Shown: positions 27,944 through 40,100 of the stretch, piece after piece | How positions within the stretch are numbered: the first letter of the stretch is position 1 | Layout: every line of letters begins with the position of its first letter | From: a virus | Strand: one strand, 5' to 3' | Virus record (IMG/VR): IMGVR_UViG_3300042465_007929 | Span: 1-64,000 of that record | Length of the DNA: 64,000 bases | Program-made: the position numbers and the translations under genes | The notes under the pieces: generated by a model | Databases searched by the model: none | What the model saw: the letters and a program-made list of their open reading frames with translations, nothing else | What the model was told of the DNA's origin: nothing

Positions 27944-28345
27944 TCAACTAATTCTATTCACATAGCCAAACACATTAATCCCACTTGCGCTAGTAGCGTT
28001 GCCGTAAATTGATAACCCAGTAGCTCCATCTCCTTGTGCGATAAGACCCGGACATAATAATATATTTCCACCATATGCTTCAATTACTCCTTCAAATAAA
28101 ATATCATTCACAAAACCTGTTCCTCCATATAATACATTTAATAATATATCTGAAGTTGTTGCATTTGTTGCATATAACCATACTTCATCAAATGAAGTGG
28201 AACTAGTTTGAGTTGTATGTATAAGCGTAGTACTTGTGCCTGTGGCAGTTATATTAATGGCTTTTCCATTAGTGCTTGCTGATAATAATTGTTTTGAATA
28301 AGTTGCCATAATTTTAATTATATTATATAAAAACAGAAATACCAA
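27944..28345 (-). CDS. Putative structural protein
   Basis: DEVWLYATN...GYVNRI beta-sandwich pattern in the fibre cluster. Confidence 0.5.
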   Translation of the reverse strand: MVFLFLYNIIKIMATYSKQLLSASTNGKAINITATGTSTTLIHTTQTSSTSFDEVWLYATNATTSDILLNVLYGGTGFVNDILFEGVIEAYGGNILLCPGLIAQGDGATGLSIYGNATSASGINVFGYVNRIS

Positions 28346-29498
28346 TTATTAAATTAGCATCATCTTGAATTGCATAATTTCCTGTTTGATTACTTAGGGA
28401 AGTTATTTGTACTTGAAGCGATCCACTTATGCCTGTAACATATGACTCAGTAACTCCTCCAGACGCTTCTCCACTAAGTAATATTCCAGTTCCATTAACT
28501 GTCGGTCGAGATATAAATGTTTTTACACCGCTTATAATTTGATCTCCAGTTATATAAACTGTTTGATTTTGAAGGTCAATAATTTGTGTTTGAAGTAATC
28601 CGCTTACTCCAGTTACATATTGAGTTGTTGCATATGTAGAAAGATCAACACCAGTAATGAATCCTGATGGATTTGATGTTGCATAAAATACTCCCGTCTC
28701 AGAATGAAGTGTATAATTGCCAGTTTGATCATTCAAGCTGGTGATTTGAGGTTGTAAATGTCCACTTAATCCTGTGATTTGCTCAACAGAACCAATTGTT
28801 GAGAGAGAAGATAAGTCGTTTGCTCTTGTCGAGATCCCAAATTTAAATTTATCAGAATGATCAAATCCAATAATCGCACCCGAATCATTGATTCCAGTTA
28901 ATCCAGAGCCTGTAACAAAGAAAATACCACCATCAACTGCCCCGCCAGTCAAATTCAATATTAAATATGGTGATTGAACATTTGAATTTGTAACATTTAC
29001 AAGTGTTTCACTGCCAGTAACATAAAGATGATTAATATAAACATCATTACTGAAATTTTTTGTTCCATATATTGTTTGAGTACTGCTCAGGTCAACATAC
29101 CTATTATCTGCCGCACCAGTTGTTAAAAATTCTCCAGTATTAGATTTTAAAACATAATCTCCTGTTTGATTATATAAATTAGTAATTTCGTCTTGAAGAA
29201 AACCACTTACTCCAGTTATATATTCTATTGTTCCATACGAAGAAAGATCAATTCCTGTAATAAATCCTGATGGGTTCGATGACGAATAAAATGCTCCTGT
29301 TTCAGAATGTAATGTATAATCTCCTGTTTGACCACTAAGAATATCAATTTGAGATTGTAAAAAACCACTAACTCCAGTTGCTTCAGATTGGGAAACAATT
29401 TCGCCACTTAAAAGAACGCCTGTTCCATTAACAAATGGTCTATTAGTTAAATTAAGATTTTCCGCATATAAATCGCGTACTCTGAAATTATTGGCCAT
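28323..29498 (-). CDS. Tail-fibre-like repeat protein
   Basis: Repeats SNPSGFITG, SGxLQxQI, QxISGxKTF, VNGTGVLLSG. Confidence 0.65.
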   Translation of the reverse strand: MANNFRVRDLYAENLNLTNRPFVNGTGVLLSGEIVSQSEATGVSGFLQSQIDILSGQTGDYTLHSETGAFYSSSNPSGFITGIDLSSYGTIEYITGVSGFLQDEITNLYNQTGDYVLKSNTGEFLTTGAADNRYVDLSSTQTIYGTKNFSNDVYINHLYVTGSETLVNVTNSNVQSPYLILNLTGGAVDGGIFFVTGSGLTGINDSGAIIGFDHSDKFKFGISTRANDLSSLSTIGSVEQITGLSGHLQPQITSLNDQTGNYTLHSETGVFYATSNPSGFITGVDLSTYATTQYVTGVSGLLQTQIIDLQNQTVYITGDQIISGVKTFISRPTVNGTGILLSGEASGGVTESYVTGISGSLQVQITSLSNQTGNYAIQDDANLIIGISVFI

Positions 29499-29762
29499 AT
29501 TATTGTTTACACTGTTTCTCCAATAGCCATTTCAAAAAATGAATATTCTTCTTTCTGATCGGACTAATGCTCTTCGTTTAATTCGTATGACCAAGGTAAG
29601 TTCAATTCTTGAGCTTTTGATTCGCACTCTTCTTTTGTGCCACAAAATATATTTTCTTGGGTTGTTGTTATTCCAATTACTTCATGCAATAAGATTAAAC
29701 ATTTCTCATTATAGATTAATTGAAATGGACCTTTTTCTGTAATTGTATTAGTAATTGACATT

Positions 29763-30617
29763 TTAAGTTATAGTAAGAGTGCTATTAGACGAATTGTAAG
29801 ATCCAATAAGTCCGCCACCGTTTATTAAAGTCACAGAAATGTAGGGATCGACTGTAGATCCGGGAAAATATCTGAAAGTCATTCCAGACGTTGGTGGCGT
29901 ATTAAACGAAACTGAGAGTGATGAGTTTGTAAATGTTGCTGATGCTGTTACAGCTCCATTTGTTTTTGCGACTCTTAGCTGCCCAGCAGTGATGTGTGTT
30001 GATCCTAAGTAACTATTAGTGCCTTGTAAAACAAGAATACCATTAGAAGTTTTGTTAAGGCTTCCATTTCCAGAAATATTGTTTGGTATTGTTAGAATAT
30101 CTGTTTGGCTGGTCACGCGAAATTGCAGTGCGCCAGATGTAGTAAATGGGTTAGATAAAGTTATAATTTCGTCAGTGCGAATAATGGTTCCTGCACCACC
30201 CGCAGTCGAAGTAAACAATCCTGTTCCAAGAGCATTATTGGCATTACAAATTATTGTTATAGCAATATTTGCTTGGGAAGTTCCACCAGAATAAGTATTC
30301 ACTCCACGAAGGGTTAATGGCGTTGCAGTTCCGCTTTTTATTATGGAGCCTGATCCACTAATTATTCCGTTTAATGTAGAAGCGGAGGCTATGTTTATTG
30401 TGCCTTGATTTATTCTTGTTGGTCCTGTATAATTACAAATTGCAGTATAAGTTAATGTTCCAGCTCCATTTTTTACAACTCCTATCGCTCCAGTTATTGC
30501 AGATGTAATATTCATGGATACATAAACCATAAATTGATGAAAAGATACTGTTGAACTAGCGATAGCTCGTACTACGCTTGCTCCAACTCTTGCTGAACTA
30601 GAATCTGTTAAAGTCAT
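29763..30617 (-). CDS. Protein with autotransporter-associated beta-strand (PATR) repeats
   Basis: KNGAGTLTYT..NYTGPTRINQGT, LRGVNTYSGGT, LQGTNSYLGSTHITAGQL. Confidence 0.75.
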   Translation of the reverse strand: MTLTDSSSARVGASVVRAIASSTVSFHQFMVYVSMNITSAITGAIGVVKNGAGTLTYTAICNYTGPTRINQGTINIASASTLNGIISGSGSIIKSGTATPLTLRGVNTYSGGTSQANIAITIICNANNALGTGLFTSTAGGAGTIIRTDEIITLSNPFTTSGALQFRVTSQTDILTIPNNISGNGSLNKTSNGILVLQGTNSYLGSTHITAGQLRVAKTNGAVTASATFTNSSLSVSFNTPPTSGMTFRYFPGSTVDPYISVTLINGGGLIGSYNSSNSTLTIT

Positions 30618-31309
30618 CCGACAATTATGTATAGTGTATTAGTCAAAGGAGTGTCGATAGCATTGTACCCAGCTTGTGTTATTTGAACAATATTTGATAA
30701 AGCAGTAGCTCCTGTGAGACCGCTAATATCACTCTGTACTTGTGAACTTACCGCTGATTGAATGGTTGTATCGACGTAACCCTTTGACGATGCATGCGTA
30801 GCAACTGTTGGAATTAATGGCACACTCGGCGACTGATTGAATGTTTTTATTCCAGATATTGATTGATCTCCAAGCGTATAAACCAAATTATCAACGCCAG
30901 TAATGAACCCCGACGGGTTCGACGCTGAGTAGAACGCACCCGTTTGACTGTTCGTAACGTAGCTGGATAAGTTTACGCCAGTGATGAACCCTGACGGGTT
31001 CGACGCTGCGTAGAACGCGCCCGTTTCAGATCTCAATGTATAAGACCCAGTAGAACTTATAATATTATTCAAACCAACATACTGCCCCGAATTTAAATGA
31101 TAATATTGATTATTTTGACCACCTTGCAATCCTAAAAGATCATTATGACCTAATGACGTTAGGTTTAATAAATTACCGCTGTTTTCAACTAATACTTGAA
31201 CATTTGCAGATCCTGATACTTGAATATTCGGAGACGTTGATACTTGGATATTCGGAAATGCTACTATTTGAACATTTGGAGTTGTTGATACTTGAACATT
31301 GATACTCAT
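30614..31309 (-). CDS. Tail-fibre-like protein
   Basis: HNDLLGLQGG..YYHL, two SNPSGFITG repeats, ITQAGYNA..NTLYII C-terminus. Confidence 0.6.
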   Translation of the reverse strand: MSINVQVSTTPNVQIVAFPNIQVSTSPNIQVSGSANVQVLVENSGNLLNLTSLGHNDLLGLQGGQNNQYYHLNSGQYVGLNNIISSTGSYTLRSETGAFYAASNPSGFITGVNLSSYVTNSQTGAFYSASNPSGFITGVDNLVYTLGDQSISGIKTFNQSPSVPLIPTVATHASSKGYVDTTIQSAVSSQVQSDISGLTGATALSNIVQITQAGYNAIDTPLTNTLYIIVG

Positions 31310-31656
31310 CTTGTTTTATTATCAATAATATTAACTGACCCATATATTAATTTATTAGTACATTCGTTGATATTATAATCGCCTGAATGATCAGCAAAAA
31401 TATCATATGAACTTGCCGCCACATCAAGAGCTAATGTCTGTTCTGAAGTTAAGGAGATGATTGCTGTGCCATTTCCAGTATTGAGTATCTGAGTATTAAA
31501 AACTGCTTGTAGCTGATTGTCGAAATCTCTTCTTATTTCGCCAGTCAAAGTAACTCCTGAAAGATTATAGGGAGAACCGTCTGTATTGGTGAATGTTAGT
31601 CCTAAGCTAAAACAAGCTCGTTTCTCAATTGATATATCATAAAGCGCAGCACTCAT
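31306..31656 (-). CDS. Fibre/baseplate attachment-like protein
   Basis: YNLSG...EIRR...ISLTSEQT...YD; GTGTAA 9 nt upstream of ATG 31656. Confidence 0.55.
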   Translation of the reverse strand: MSAALYDISIEKRACFSLGLTFTNTDGSPYNLSGVTLTGEIRRDFDNQLQAVFNTQILNTGNGTAIISLTSEQTLALDVAASSYDIFADHSGDYNINECTNKLIYGSVNIIDNKTR

Positions 31657-31687
31657 CAAATGCTTTTACACTTACAGCTTGAATTAT

Positions 31688-32023
31688 TTATTTTTTAATA
31701 AATTTTTCAGGATTTTTCTCGAATTTCCTAGCTAAATTAACGATTCCGTTGATTATTTCTGGAGAAACAACACCCACAACTCCATAAATAATTGCTTTAT
31801 ATAATGATTTAATATCTGCCCCACTAAGCACTGCTCCCGAATCTATGATTATCCATGCTACCCCAGATAATATCGCTGCTGCCGAAATCTTTTTAAACTG
31901 TTCCAATAATGTTAACTTAACTGGACTTGAAATTAATCTTGTAGCCATAGTAAGCGCTCCAATCAATGGAATAATCCATCCTCCATTTATAAATTCCTTC
32001 ATTAAGGATTTTTCCGGTTCCAT
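31688..32023 (-). CDS. Three-TM membrane protein, holin-like
   Basis: Three hydrophobic segments, basic C-terminus, GTGTAA upstream. Confidence 0.55.
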   Translation of the reverse strand: MEPEKSLMKEFINGGWIIPLIGALTMATRLISSPVKLTLLEQFKKISAAAILSGVAWIIIDSGAVLSGADIKSLYKAIIYGVVGVVSPEIINGIVNLARKFEKNPEKFIKK

Positions 32024-33088
32024 GATAATCTTGTTTACACATCTAACAGAAAAAATCTTATATAAATATAATATTATTTCATATTTAATATAAAATTTTA
32101 ATTACTTTTTTAATTCAAATTTAAATACGGTTTCTGGAGAGACTGGATCTTCTGATATATCGACCTTATCAACTCTCCCATTGACTCTATTAGCGCAATC
32201 ACAAGCCCATTTAAAACCCTGCTCATTGATTGAGCTGTACGATTGTGTATAATTATTTTTATAATCATATACGCGATAAATGATATTTTTATTAGTCATA
32301 GCCTTTTTATTATAAAATATATTTTTTATTAATCAATAATTATTTATTAGGATAAAACTCTAAAGCAATATTCCCAACAAAATCCGTATCATCACTAATC
32401 ATTCCAAAAACTAATAAGAAATTTTCATGGAAATAAGTTTCTTTAATATCCAAAAAGTATTTTTTATCATTCAAATATAAATCATGAATTTTTCCCTTTG
32501 TTTCTAAAAGACAATTTTCAAAAAGTATGTTTTGTAGATGTTTTGTCGTCGAATTAGTCCCTACTATCTTAATTGAGCCTTTCATATTTCCAAATGATTT
32601 GTGTGTCTTCTATATTATCTAAATCTTCAACTATTTCACATTTTTTATCATATTTTTTTATCCAGTTTAAATATTTTTCTTTTTTATATTTTCTTCTAAT
32701 TTCCGATTTTATAGTTTTTTTATTAAATTTATTTAATGCTTTTTTCATTAATTCATAAAAAGCAATCATACGAGAATTAAAAGAAAATTTAGAATTGCCG
32801 AAAACAAATACTAAATTTAAACCATCGAACTCTTCTTCAAAAAATATTGACCCAATCCATTCATCATCACAAAAAGCTTCTAAATGATAACAATCATTGA
32901 CTATAAATTTACAAAAATCATCAATTTTTGTTTTTCTTAATGAAAAGGATGACAAAGAACAAAAATCATAAGGTTTTGAATTTATACAAAATAAATAAAA
33001 CTTTTCATAAAATAAATCATAATCGTCAATTGTTTCTTTAATTTTAATCATTACTGTTTATTATAATCATAAAGGTGTAAATTTAAAT

Positions 33089-36052
33089 ATGGGTGAAGGT
33101 ATAGATAAAATGTCAAGAAGTTTGTTGGATTTGCAGCCAACTGCTGTCTTGGAATTTTATAGATTATACCCTGATACTTTAGAAAAACCAAATACTTTTA
33201 TCCCTATTCATAATGGATCAGCTTCAGAAAAAGATGTTGTATGGCAAGATGTTTTATATATGCCACTCCCTATCGAAGCAGAAGGTTTTGAAATAAATGG
33301 TGGGGGAAGATTATCTAGACCTAAAATTAGATTTGCTAATAAAGATTATTTAATAACTAATTTACTTCAAAATAATAAAGATTTTAAAAATGCTAAAGTA
33401 GTTAGGAAAAGGACATTTTTAAAGTTCATTGATGATATAAATTTTGATGGAGGAAATCCATTTGGAGATGAAGACTTTACCGCCGAAATTAGCAGCGAAG
33501 ATTTTTTAATTAGTCAAAAAACAGCAGAAAATAAATTATTTGTTGAATTTGAATTAACATCTCCTTTAGATTTAGAAAATTTTGAACTTAATCATCGTAA
33601 AATACTAGCTAAGTATTGTTATTGGCAATATAGAGGTCATGGCTGCAACTACATGGGGATGCCAGTAGAAAGAGAAAATGGCTTGGGTTTTGTTAAATCA
33701 GATGGTTTGGCTGTTGCTCCTTATAATTTAGATGCTCAAAATGGATTTAATTCAAACGCTAATTTAGAATGGACGGCAAATAAATCGTATACTATAGGAC
33801 AAATTGCTTATTTAGAAAATCCTAAAATAATCATTAACCCACTGCCAGATTCAAACGAACAACCAATGTTTATGAAAAATTGGTATGTGTGTGTTTTGGG
33901 GTCTACAAATCAACATCCAGAATCAAATTTAACATACTGGCAAAAAGATGGATGCAAGAAAACCATTGATGCTTGTAAAAAAAGATTTAACACACAGAAA
34001 TATGATCAATATATCATTGATAGCGCTTCAAGGAGCGAAGATTATATTGGTTTTCAAGGTAATGGGGCAGGAACATCTTTAGGTAAAATATATACAACAG
34101 ATAAAAATATTTTAAATAAATTAAATGGTAATTTTACAATTAATGGTTGGTTTAACATCAAAGTAAATAAAGATTTCGCCTGTATTTTAAGCACAACTCA
34201 AAAACCTACTACAGAAACTACTTATGCATTGGCTCAAATGCCAATAATAGATTTAAATGCGGATACTCATAAATCAGAAATAAGAGGTTTTCAATGGGGT
34301 GATGGTTTTGAGTCTTTTAATTTATCTACATCTTATGATGGAACTAATCAAAGAAATAATTTAGCATTACTCTATAAAGTAGATGGAGTTGGTTATTATG
34401 ATAGAAAAATGGTAATACTTACTAATACTTATCAAAATAATTCTTTAAATTTCATAAGCATTAATGCACAAAAAAATCTATCTGCCCCTCATAATTATTT
34501 AAGATATTCTGAAGATTTTAGATCGGGTGTCATGGGGACACAATGGGACAATATATTATGTTCAATTTCTACCGATGCTACTGGTCAAAAATTAGTTCCT
34601 TATGCAAATTCATCAAATTCATATTGCGGATTTAATATTTCAGAAAGTAGATTTTATAATGATTTTAATTTTTCAAAAACTTGGGCTGAATATGGACAAG
34701 GTTTAACATTTTCAATTCATGTTAAAAAACCAGCCACAAATAGCTATAGATATTTTTTTATTAAACATAGGGAATTTAGAAGATTAGATACTGTTCAATT
34801 TCAAATTATCCAAGGATCTTATACTTGGGATCAAGCAAATGCAGATGCCATAGCTAAAGGAGGAAGATTGGCCATTTTGGATACCCAAGTAAAAGTGAAC
34901 AGTGTTCCAGCTCATACATTTCCAGTATGGCTTGGAGCTACAGATAAATTTATAGAAGGGGATTGGAGATGGATTGATGGTTCTAAATTAAGTGATGGAT
35001 ATACTGCGCCAAACTGGGGAAATGGAGAACCGAGTAATGGTGGTGGTAATGAACATTATTTACAAAGATTATCAGCAGATAATGGATATATTTGGAATGA
35101 CATACCACTAAATTACAATTTAACTAATGATCCAAATTATAGCCCTAAAGGTTATGTGTTGGAAAAAGGATCAACAACTTTTGATGAATATGTGATATTT
35201 GATTTAGATACAAAAAGCATTGTACCCGGACAGAATTTTTGGGTTAATGGTCCAGAAATTCAAGATGTTGGTAATGGGTGGTTAAGATTAAAAGCGACAA
35301 TAGGTAATGGAAATGAAGTTGGAAGACATCTTGCAGGTCTTAATTTTGGTCCATTACCAAATTCCTCTCCAACTATATTACCATCAAAAACAACAGGTAT
35401 TTCATTTGATATAACTAGCAATTATGGAAATGGAACTAGCGGAATTTATATTTCTGGCGCACAACTTGAGAATGGACAATACGCGACAACATATAACCTT
35501 ACAACATCTAGTGCTTATAAACATAGAGATTTTAATCTAGATGGGGAAGATAAGATTGATGTTTATTTAAATAATGTTAATGTCCATTCTTGGACTTCTC
35601 AAAACCAAAATGAGTTATTAAGTTTTAAACCAGAAGAAATTGGATTCGGAATGTCATCTCATATAAGTAATAAAAACCTTTATTCAATTAGTGGATTTGT
35701 TGCTTCTTGGGCTTTGTGGGATAAAGTTATGTCTGAGTCAGATTTAAATACTTTATATAAAAAAGCTGTTAATACTTATGCTCCAATGAATTATGTGGAT
35801 TTAGATGGTTCATTTATTGGCCCTAACAGTAATTTAATTGCTTGGTGGGATATGCAATTAGATCCACTAAACTCAAATAAAATTTTAAACACACATAATA
35901 CAGGTTTATTTAATTTAACTAGGAGTGGCGTTACTATTGCTGGAGCCACAGGTTATAAAGAAGATGTATTTATAACTGCTGCAAAAAAAGCAGATGTAAG
36001 TAATTTACATTTTGGAGGATTTCCCGGAACAGATGGATTTGCGTATGGATAA
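33089..36052 (+). CDS. Minor tail protein L (lambda gpL-like) with a large lectin insertion
   Basis: PIEAEGFE..G...RPK, RKRTFLKFID, FELTSPLD, CYWQYRG.GC, C.K...CKKRF, terminal FGGFPG. Confidence 0.85.
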   Translation: MGEGIDKMSRSLLDLQPTAVLEFYRLYPDTLEKPNTFIPIHNGSASEKDVVWQDVLYMPLPIEAEGFEINGGGRLSRPKIRFANKDYLITNLLQNNKDFKNAKVVRKRTFLKFIDDINFDGGNPFGDEDFTAEISSEDFLISQKTAENKLFVEFELTSPLDLENFELNHRKILAKYCYWQYRGHGCNYMGMPVERENGLGFVKSDGLAVAPYNLDAQNGFNSNANLEWTANKSYTIGQIAYLENPKIIINPLPDSNEQPMFMKNWYVCVLGSTNQHPESNLTYWQKDGCKKTIDACKKRFNTQKYDQYIIDSASRSEDYIGFQGNGAGTSLGKIYTTDKNILNKLNGNFTINGWFNIKVNKDFACILSTTQKPTTETTYALAQMPIIDLNADTHKSEIRGFQWGDGFESFNLSTSYDGTNQRNNLALLYKVDGVGYYDRKMVILTNTYQNNSLNFISINAQKNLSAPHNYLRYSEDFRSGVMGTQWDNILCSISTDATGQKLVPYANSSNSYCGFNISESRFYNDFNFSKTWAEYGQGLTFSIHVKKPATNSYRYFFIKHREFRRLDTVQFQIIQGSYTWDQANADAIAKGGRLAILDTQVKVNSVPAHTFPVWLGATDKFIEGDWRWIDGSKLSDGYTAPNWGNGEPSNGGGNEHYLQRLSADNGYIWNDIPLNYNLTNDPNYSPKGYVLEKGSTTFDEYVIFDLDTKSIVPGQNFWVNGPEIQDVGNGWLRLKATIGNGNEVGRHLAGLNFGPLPNSSPTILPSKTTGISFDITSNYGNGTSGIYISGAQLENGQYATTYNLTTSSAYKHRDFNLDGEDKIDVYLNNVNVHSWTSQNQNELLSFKPEEIGFGMSSHISNKNLYSISGFVASWALWDKVMSESDLNTLYKKAVNTYAPMNYVDLDGSFIGPNSNLIAWWDMQLDPLNSNKILNTHNTGLFNLTRSGVTIAGATGYKEDVFITAAKKADVSNLHFGGFPGTDGFAYG

Positions 36053-36452
36053 TATTTATAAATATAGAAGAGTAATAGATTGTTTAAATAAAATAAAACA
36101 ATTTTCAAAAATTTCACCACATATGGAAATTTGTGGATTTTTAGGATTTGATATTAATGAGGGAAAATTTGTGGCAAAATTAGAAAATAATTGTTCCACT
36201 GATCCAGTGAATTTTTTCGCAATAGATGCTTTAAAATATCTTTTATTTAAAGAAGAATATTCAATGGTTTGTGTTTTTCATAGTCATATCATTGGAGATG
36301 AGAATCCTTCTGAATTCGATATAAAAATGTCTGAAAATTGTTGCATACCATTTCTTGTGTATTCATTAAATACAGACAAGTTTAAAATTCATGAGCCAAT
36401 AAGTTCGGAATATAATAAAGAAATGTTAGATAAAATTAAAGATAAATTATGA
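36045..36452 (+). CDS. Tail assembly protein K-like JAB/MPN domain (no NlpC/P60)
   Basis: EICG...FHSH....PSEFD, located between gpL and gpI. Confidence 0.85.
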   Translation: MDNIYKYRRVIDCLNKIKQFSKISPHMEICGFLGFDINEGKFVAKLENNCSTDPVNFFAIDALKYLLFKEEYSMVCVFHSHIIGDENPSEFDIKMSENCCIPFLVYSLNTDKFKIHEPISSEYNKEMLDKIKDKL

Positions 36453-37117
36453 CAAATATAATTTTACATGGAATATTAGCAAAAGAATTTGGCGAAAATT
36501 TTCAAATGAAAATTTATAAAGCAAAGAACGTTTTAAAAGCTATCGATGCTAATAGAATTAATTTTATCAATAGAATAAATGAATTATCTCAAGAAGGATT
36601 TAATTATACAGTTATTGTTGATGGTAAAAAAATTAATCAATTAGAGGAGTTAGACGCTCAAAAAGAACCTCAAAAAATTGATTTAGTTCCTTTGATTATT
36701 GGTGCTGGAGGAGTTGCTTTGGTATCTGTTATTACAGGAATAGCCACTAGCGCTATTACCGCTGGCACTGGAGCATTTTTTGCCGCATCAGTAATAAATG
36801 CGGTATTGCTTACTGTCGTTTCTGTGGGTCTTCAAATGTTATTAGCGCCCAAACCAGACGCTCCAGCAGCTATATCATCCACGACGAAAGCAATGCAGCA
36901 ATCATTTTCATTTTCAAATAAAAATAATGTAGCCTCACAAGGTTCTCCTGTTCCATTTGGTTATGGAAGATTAAAAATAGGAAGCCAAGTAATTCAAACA
37001 ACCTTAAAATCATTCCAGCAAAAATCAGATTCAGTAGAATCAATGAAAAGCAATGCGCTACAATCATTAAATAATATTGCTAGCAATTCTGGAGGCATTT
37101 CGAAAAGAAATATTTAA
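36449..37117 (+). CDS. Tail assembly protein I-like
   Basis: ILHGILAKEFG, VPLIIGAG, QGSPVPFGYGRLKIGS. Confidence 0.85.
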   Translation: MTNIILHGILAKEFGENFQMKIYKAKNVLKAIDANRINFINRINELSQEGFNYTVIVDGKKINQLEELDAQKEPQKIDLVPLIIGAGGVALVSVITGIATSAITAGTGAFFAASVINAVLLTVVSVGLQMLLAPKPDAPAAISSTTKAMQQSFSFSNKNNVASQGSPVPFGYGRLKIGSQVIQTTLKSFQQKSDSVESMKSNALQSLNNIASNSGGISKRNI

Positions 37118-37118
37118 T

Positions 37119-40100
37119 ATGAATCATTTATTTAAAAAATTATCTTTCGGCGGAGCTGGAGGAGGAAAAAAACCACAGGCAAAACCTGCAACATTAAAAC
37201 CTCCTATTGTTGGATCTTTTCAATTAGCCGCTTCTTATGATTATCTTGAAAGTGTTGAATTATTAAGTGATGGACCGATTGAAGGTTTGGTTAATCAGAA
37301 TGGATTAACATTAAGTGATAGAAGTTTATTACAAGGTGTGTACCTTAATGACACTCCAGTTATTGTAACAAACAACGATACTGTTTCCCCAAGAGAATCT
37401 TTCAGTCGAAATCCAACAAATATTGATTCTGGAAAAACGTTAAATGAAGCTTCAACTGCTGATCTAATTAGTACTTTTTTCTCTTCATTAAAAGCGCAAA
37501 GAAATGAAGCCCCACACCCTTCTCTTGGTGTGAATGTTAATACAGAAAGAGTTATTTCTTGCATCACTAATAATGCGTTTTCATCTAAATATGAAAATTG
37601 GATTTTAGACGGAACTATATTAAATACTTTAATAAATCAAGTAACAACCATTACGAATAAACCTAAAACTATAGCTCAATTATTAAGTAGTTGGCTCAAC
37701 GCTCCAGTTGTAAATAAAATTTTAATAGGAGGTAGATTATATAGTAAAGATTTAGATCCAGCTTCTTTAGGTGAATCTTTTGTAGTTAATTTAAATGATC
37801 CTTCATCTTTATACCTTGAAACATCTCCTTTAACGTATTCTTATAATGATAAAAATAAATCTCAATATACCGAAAATAGTTATAATAAATATGTAAAAGA
37901 TAATGCCCATTTAAGTAAAATTCTTGATATCTATCTTTTAAAAAGATATATAGGATTAAAAAAGATAATTGATATAGCATTAAGAAAATCTTTAACAGAT
38001 ATTAATCAAAAAGATTATTCGAAAGAATACGCTAAAACACTACTTGATGATAGATTAGGTATTAATTGGTCAAATTCTTCTAATTTAATTGATTTATTAA
38101 TGAATAAATTAAATATTGATAAGAATAATGATATGATTTTTATTATACCGTCTCCCCCTAAAGACGTATCGAGAGGAAGTCTTCCCTTAGTTAAGGAATA
38201 TATTGATCCAATTACCGGAATTAAAACTAAACAATTGAGAAAATGCCATGTAAAGATGTTTGATTCGTCAAATCAAGCATTTACAAATAGTGTCGATGGC
38301 ATATTTTTTCATGATTTTTTAGTTCCAACAATTAATGCGAATGGAAATTGGGAAGATTACGAATTAACAGGATTTGTCATATTGCAAATTAAAGGAAAAA
38401 ATGTAGAATCAGTTTCCGAAGTAAAAAAAGGAGAAAAACCAAAACAATTTAGAGGAGCTAATAATTGGGGTGTACCCGGAAAAAAAACTATTCGATATTT
38501 TAATCAAGCATTTTGTATCCCAGAGAAAGCTGCTACAAGATTGTCTCAAGCCTCACAGTTTAAATTAATTCCAGAAGATTACGCATTATCTAGTGCTAAT
38601 TTAGTATCTAACGGAAAAGATAAATTTAATTATACTGACATTTTTGTTGAATATAAAGAAGGAAAAGAGCATCAAGTTCCTTTAGAGTATTTTAGTAATA
38701 TTTGTATAGATCATATGTATGGTTCTCAATTAATAGGACCATTTAGAGTAAATGGTAACATACAAAGAATTAAAGAAGAAAAAAGCGTTTTTGATTTCAC
38801 TCAATATAAATCAAATTTAAATTTAGACATAAGCGCTGAAGGAAGTGAAGACGATAGAGAAGTAGGAAATTTTTCTGATTGGAATTATGCTAATACAAAT
38901 TTCAATGAATCTTTAATCCCTATAACACATATCATTTTAAATCCAAATGTTAGTCAATGTTATATAACATTACAAATTTCTCAATTATCAGATACTATTA
39001 GTAGAGATCTTAATACTAACTCTTATGGTCAAGCTGGCGCAGGAACTAATTATCCGACAACAGTTACTATAGAAGTTGAAGTTGGTCATATTGATGATAA
39101 TGGAACTCAAGTCCCTTTAAGCGTAAATAAAAGATTTGAAATTGTTTCTTTGATTCAGAGTCCTACTTATATAGATATTGGCAATCCAGATAATCAAAAA
39201 AATCAAAAGGACTACTTATTTATAATAAATAAAACACATAATGCAGAAGGAGTTTGGACACCATTTGATCTTCCATTAATAGAAATTAAAACAGCGCTCG
39301 ATAAAGAATTATCTTCTCCTATTTCTACTAATTTATCAGGATCATCAAAAAGATATATAAAAGTTTCAAAAATATCAACAGAAACAAACTCTACTTTAGT
39401 TAGAAAAGATGTTTCTTTAGCTAAAATTACTGAAATAATTAAAGGTAATTTAACATATCCATTTTCAGCTTTAGTTGCGACAAAAATAGACTCAAGAGCT
39501 TTTGGATCTGTGCCAACTAAAATTTATGATTGTAAATTAAAAAAAATAAAAGTTCCAAATAATTATTTTCCTTGTAGTCTAGATACAGGAAAAGATAAAA
39601 GATATTATAAAAATCAAACAGAATTTAATTCTGGAGATCGCCATGTATATCAAGGAGATTGGAATGGAGAATTTCATAATGAATTAGTTTGGACTGATAA
39701 TCCAGCATGGATTATATATGATATATTAACAAGCACTAGATATGGATTGGGTCAATATTTAGATATTGAACAAATTGATATTTGGGAATTATATAAAATC
39801 GGAAGATTTTGTGATGCAGTTGATGATTTTGGATATTTTCAAGGCGTTCCTGATGGATTTGGAGGTTTTGAACCAAGATTTTCTTGCAATGTTTTATTCA
39901 CTGAGGGAGAAAAAGTTTTTGATGTGATTAATATTATTTCTGCTTTATTTAGGGGGCAAACATATTATTATAATTCAGAAATTCATTTTGTAGATGATAG
40001 ACCCAAAACTCCTATCGCTTTATTTACTAATTCAAATATAAAAGATGGATTTTTTAATTACGCAAATTACAGAAGAGATGAACAATTTAATACTATCGAA

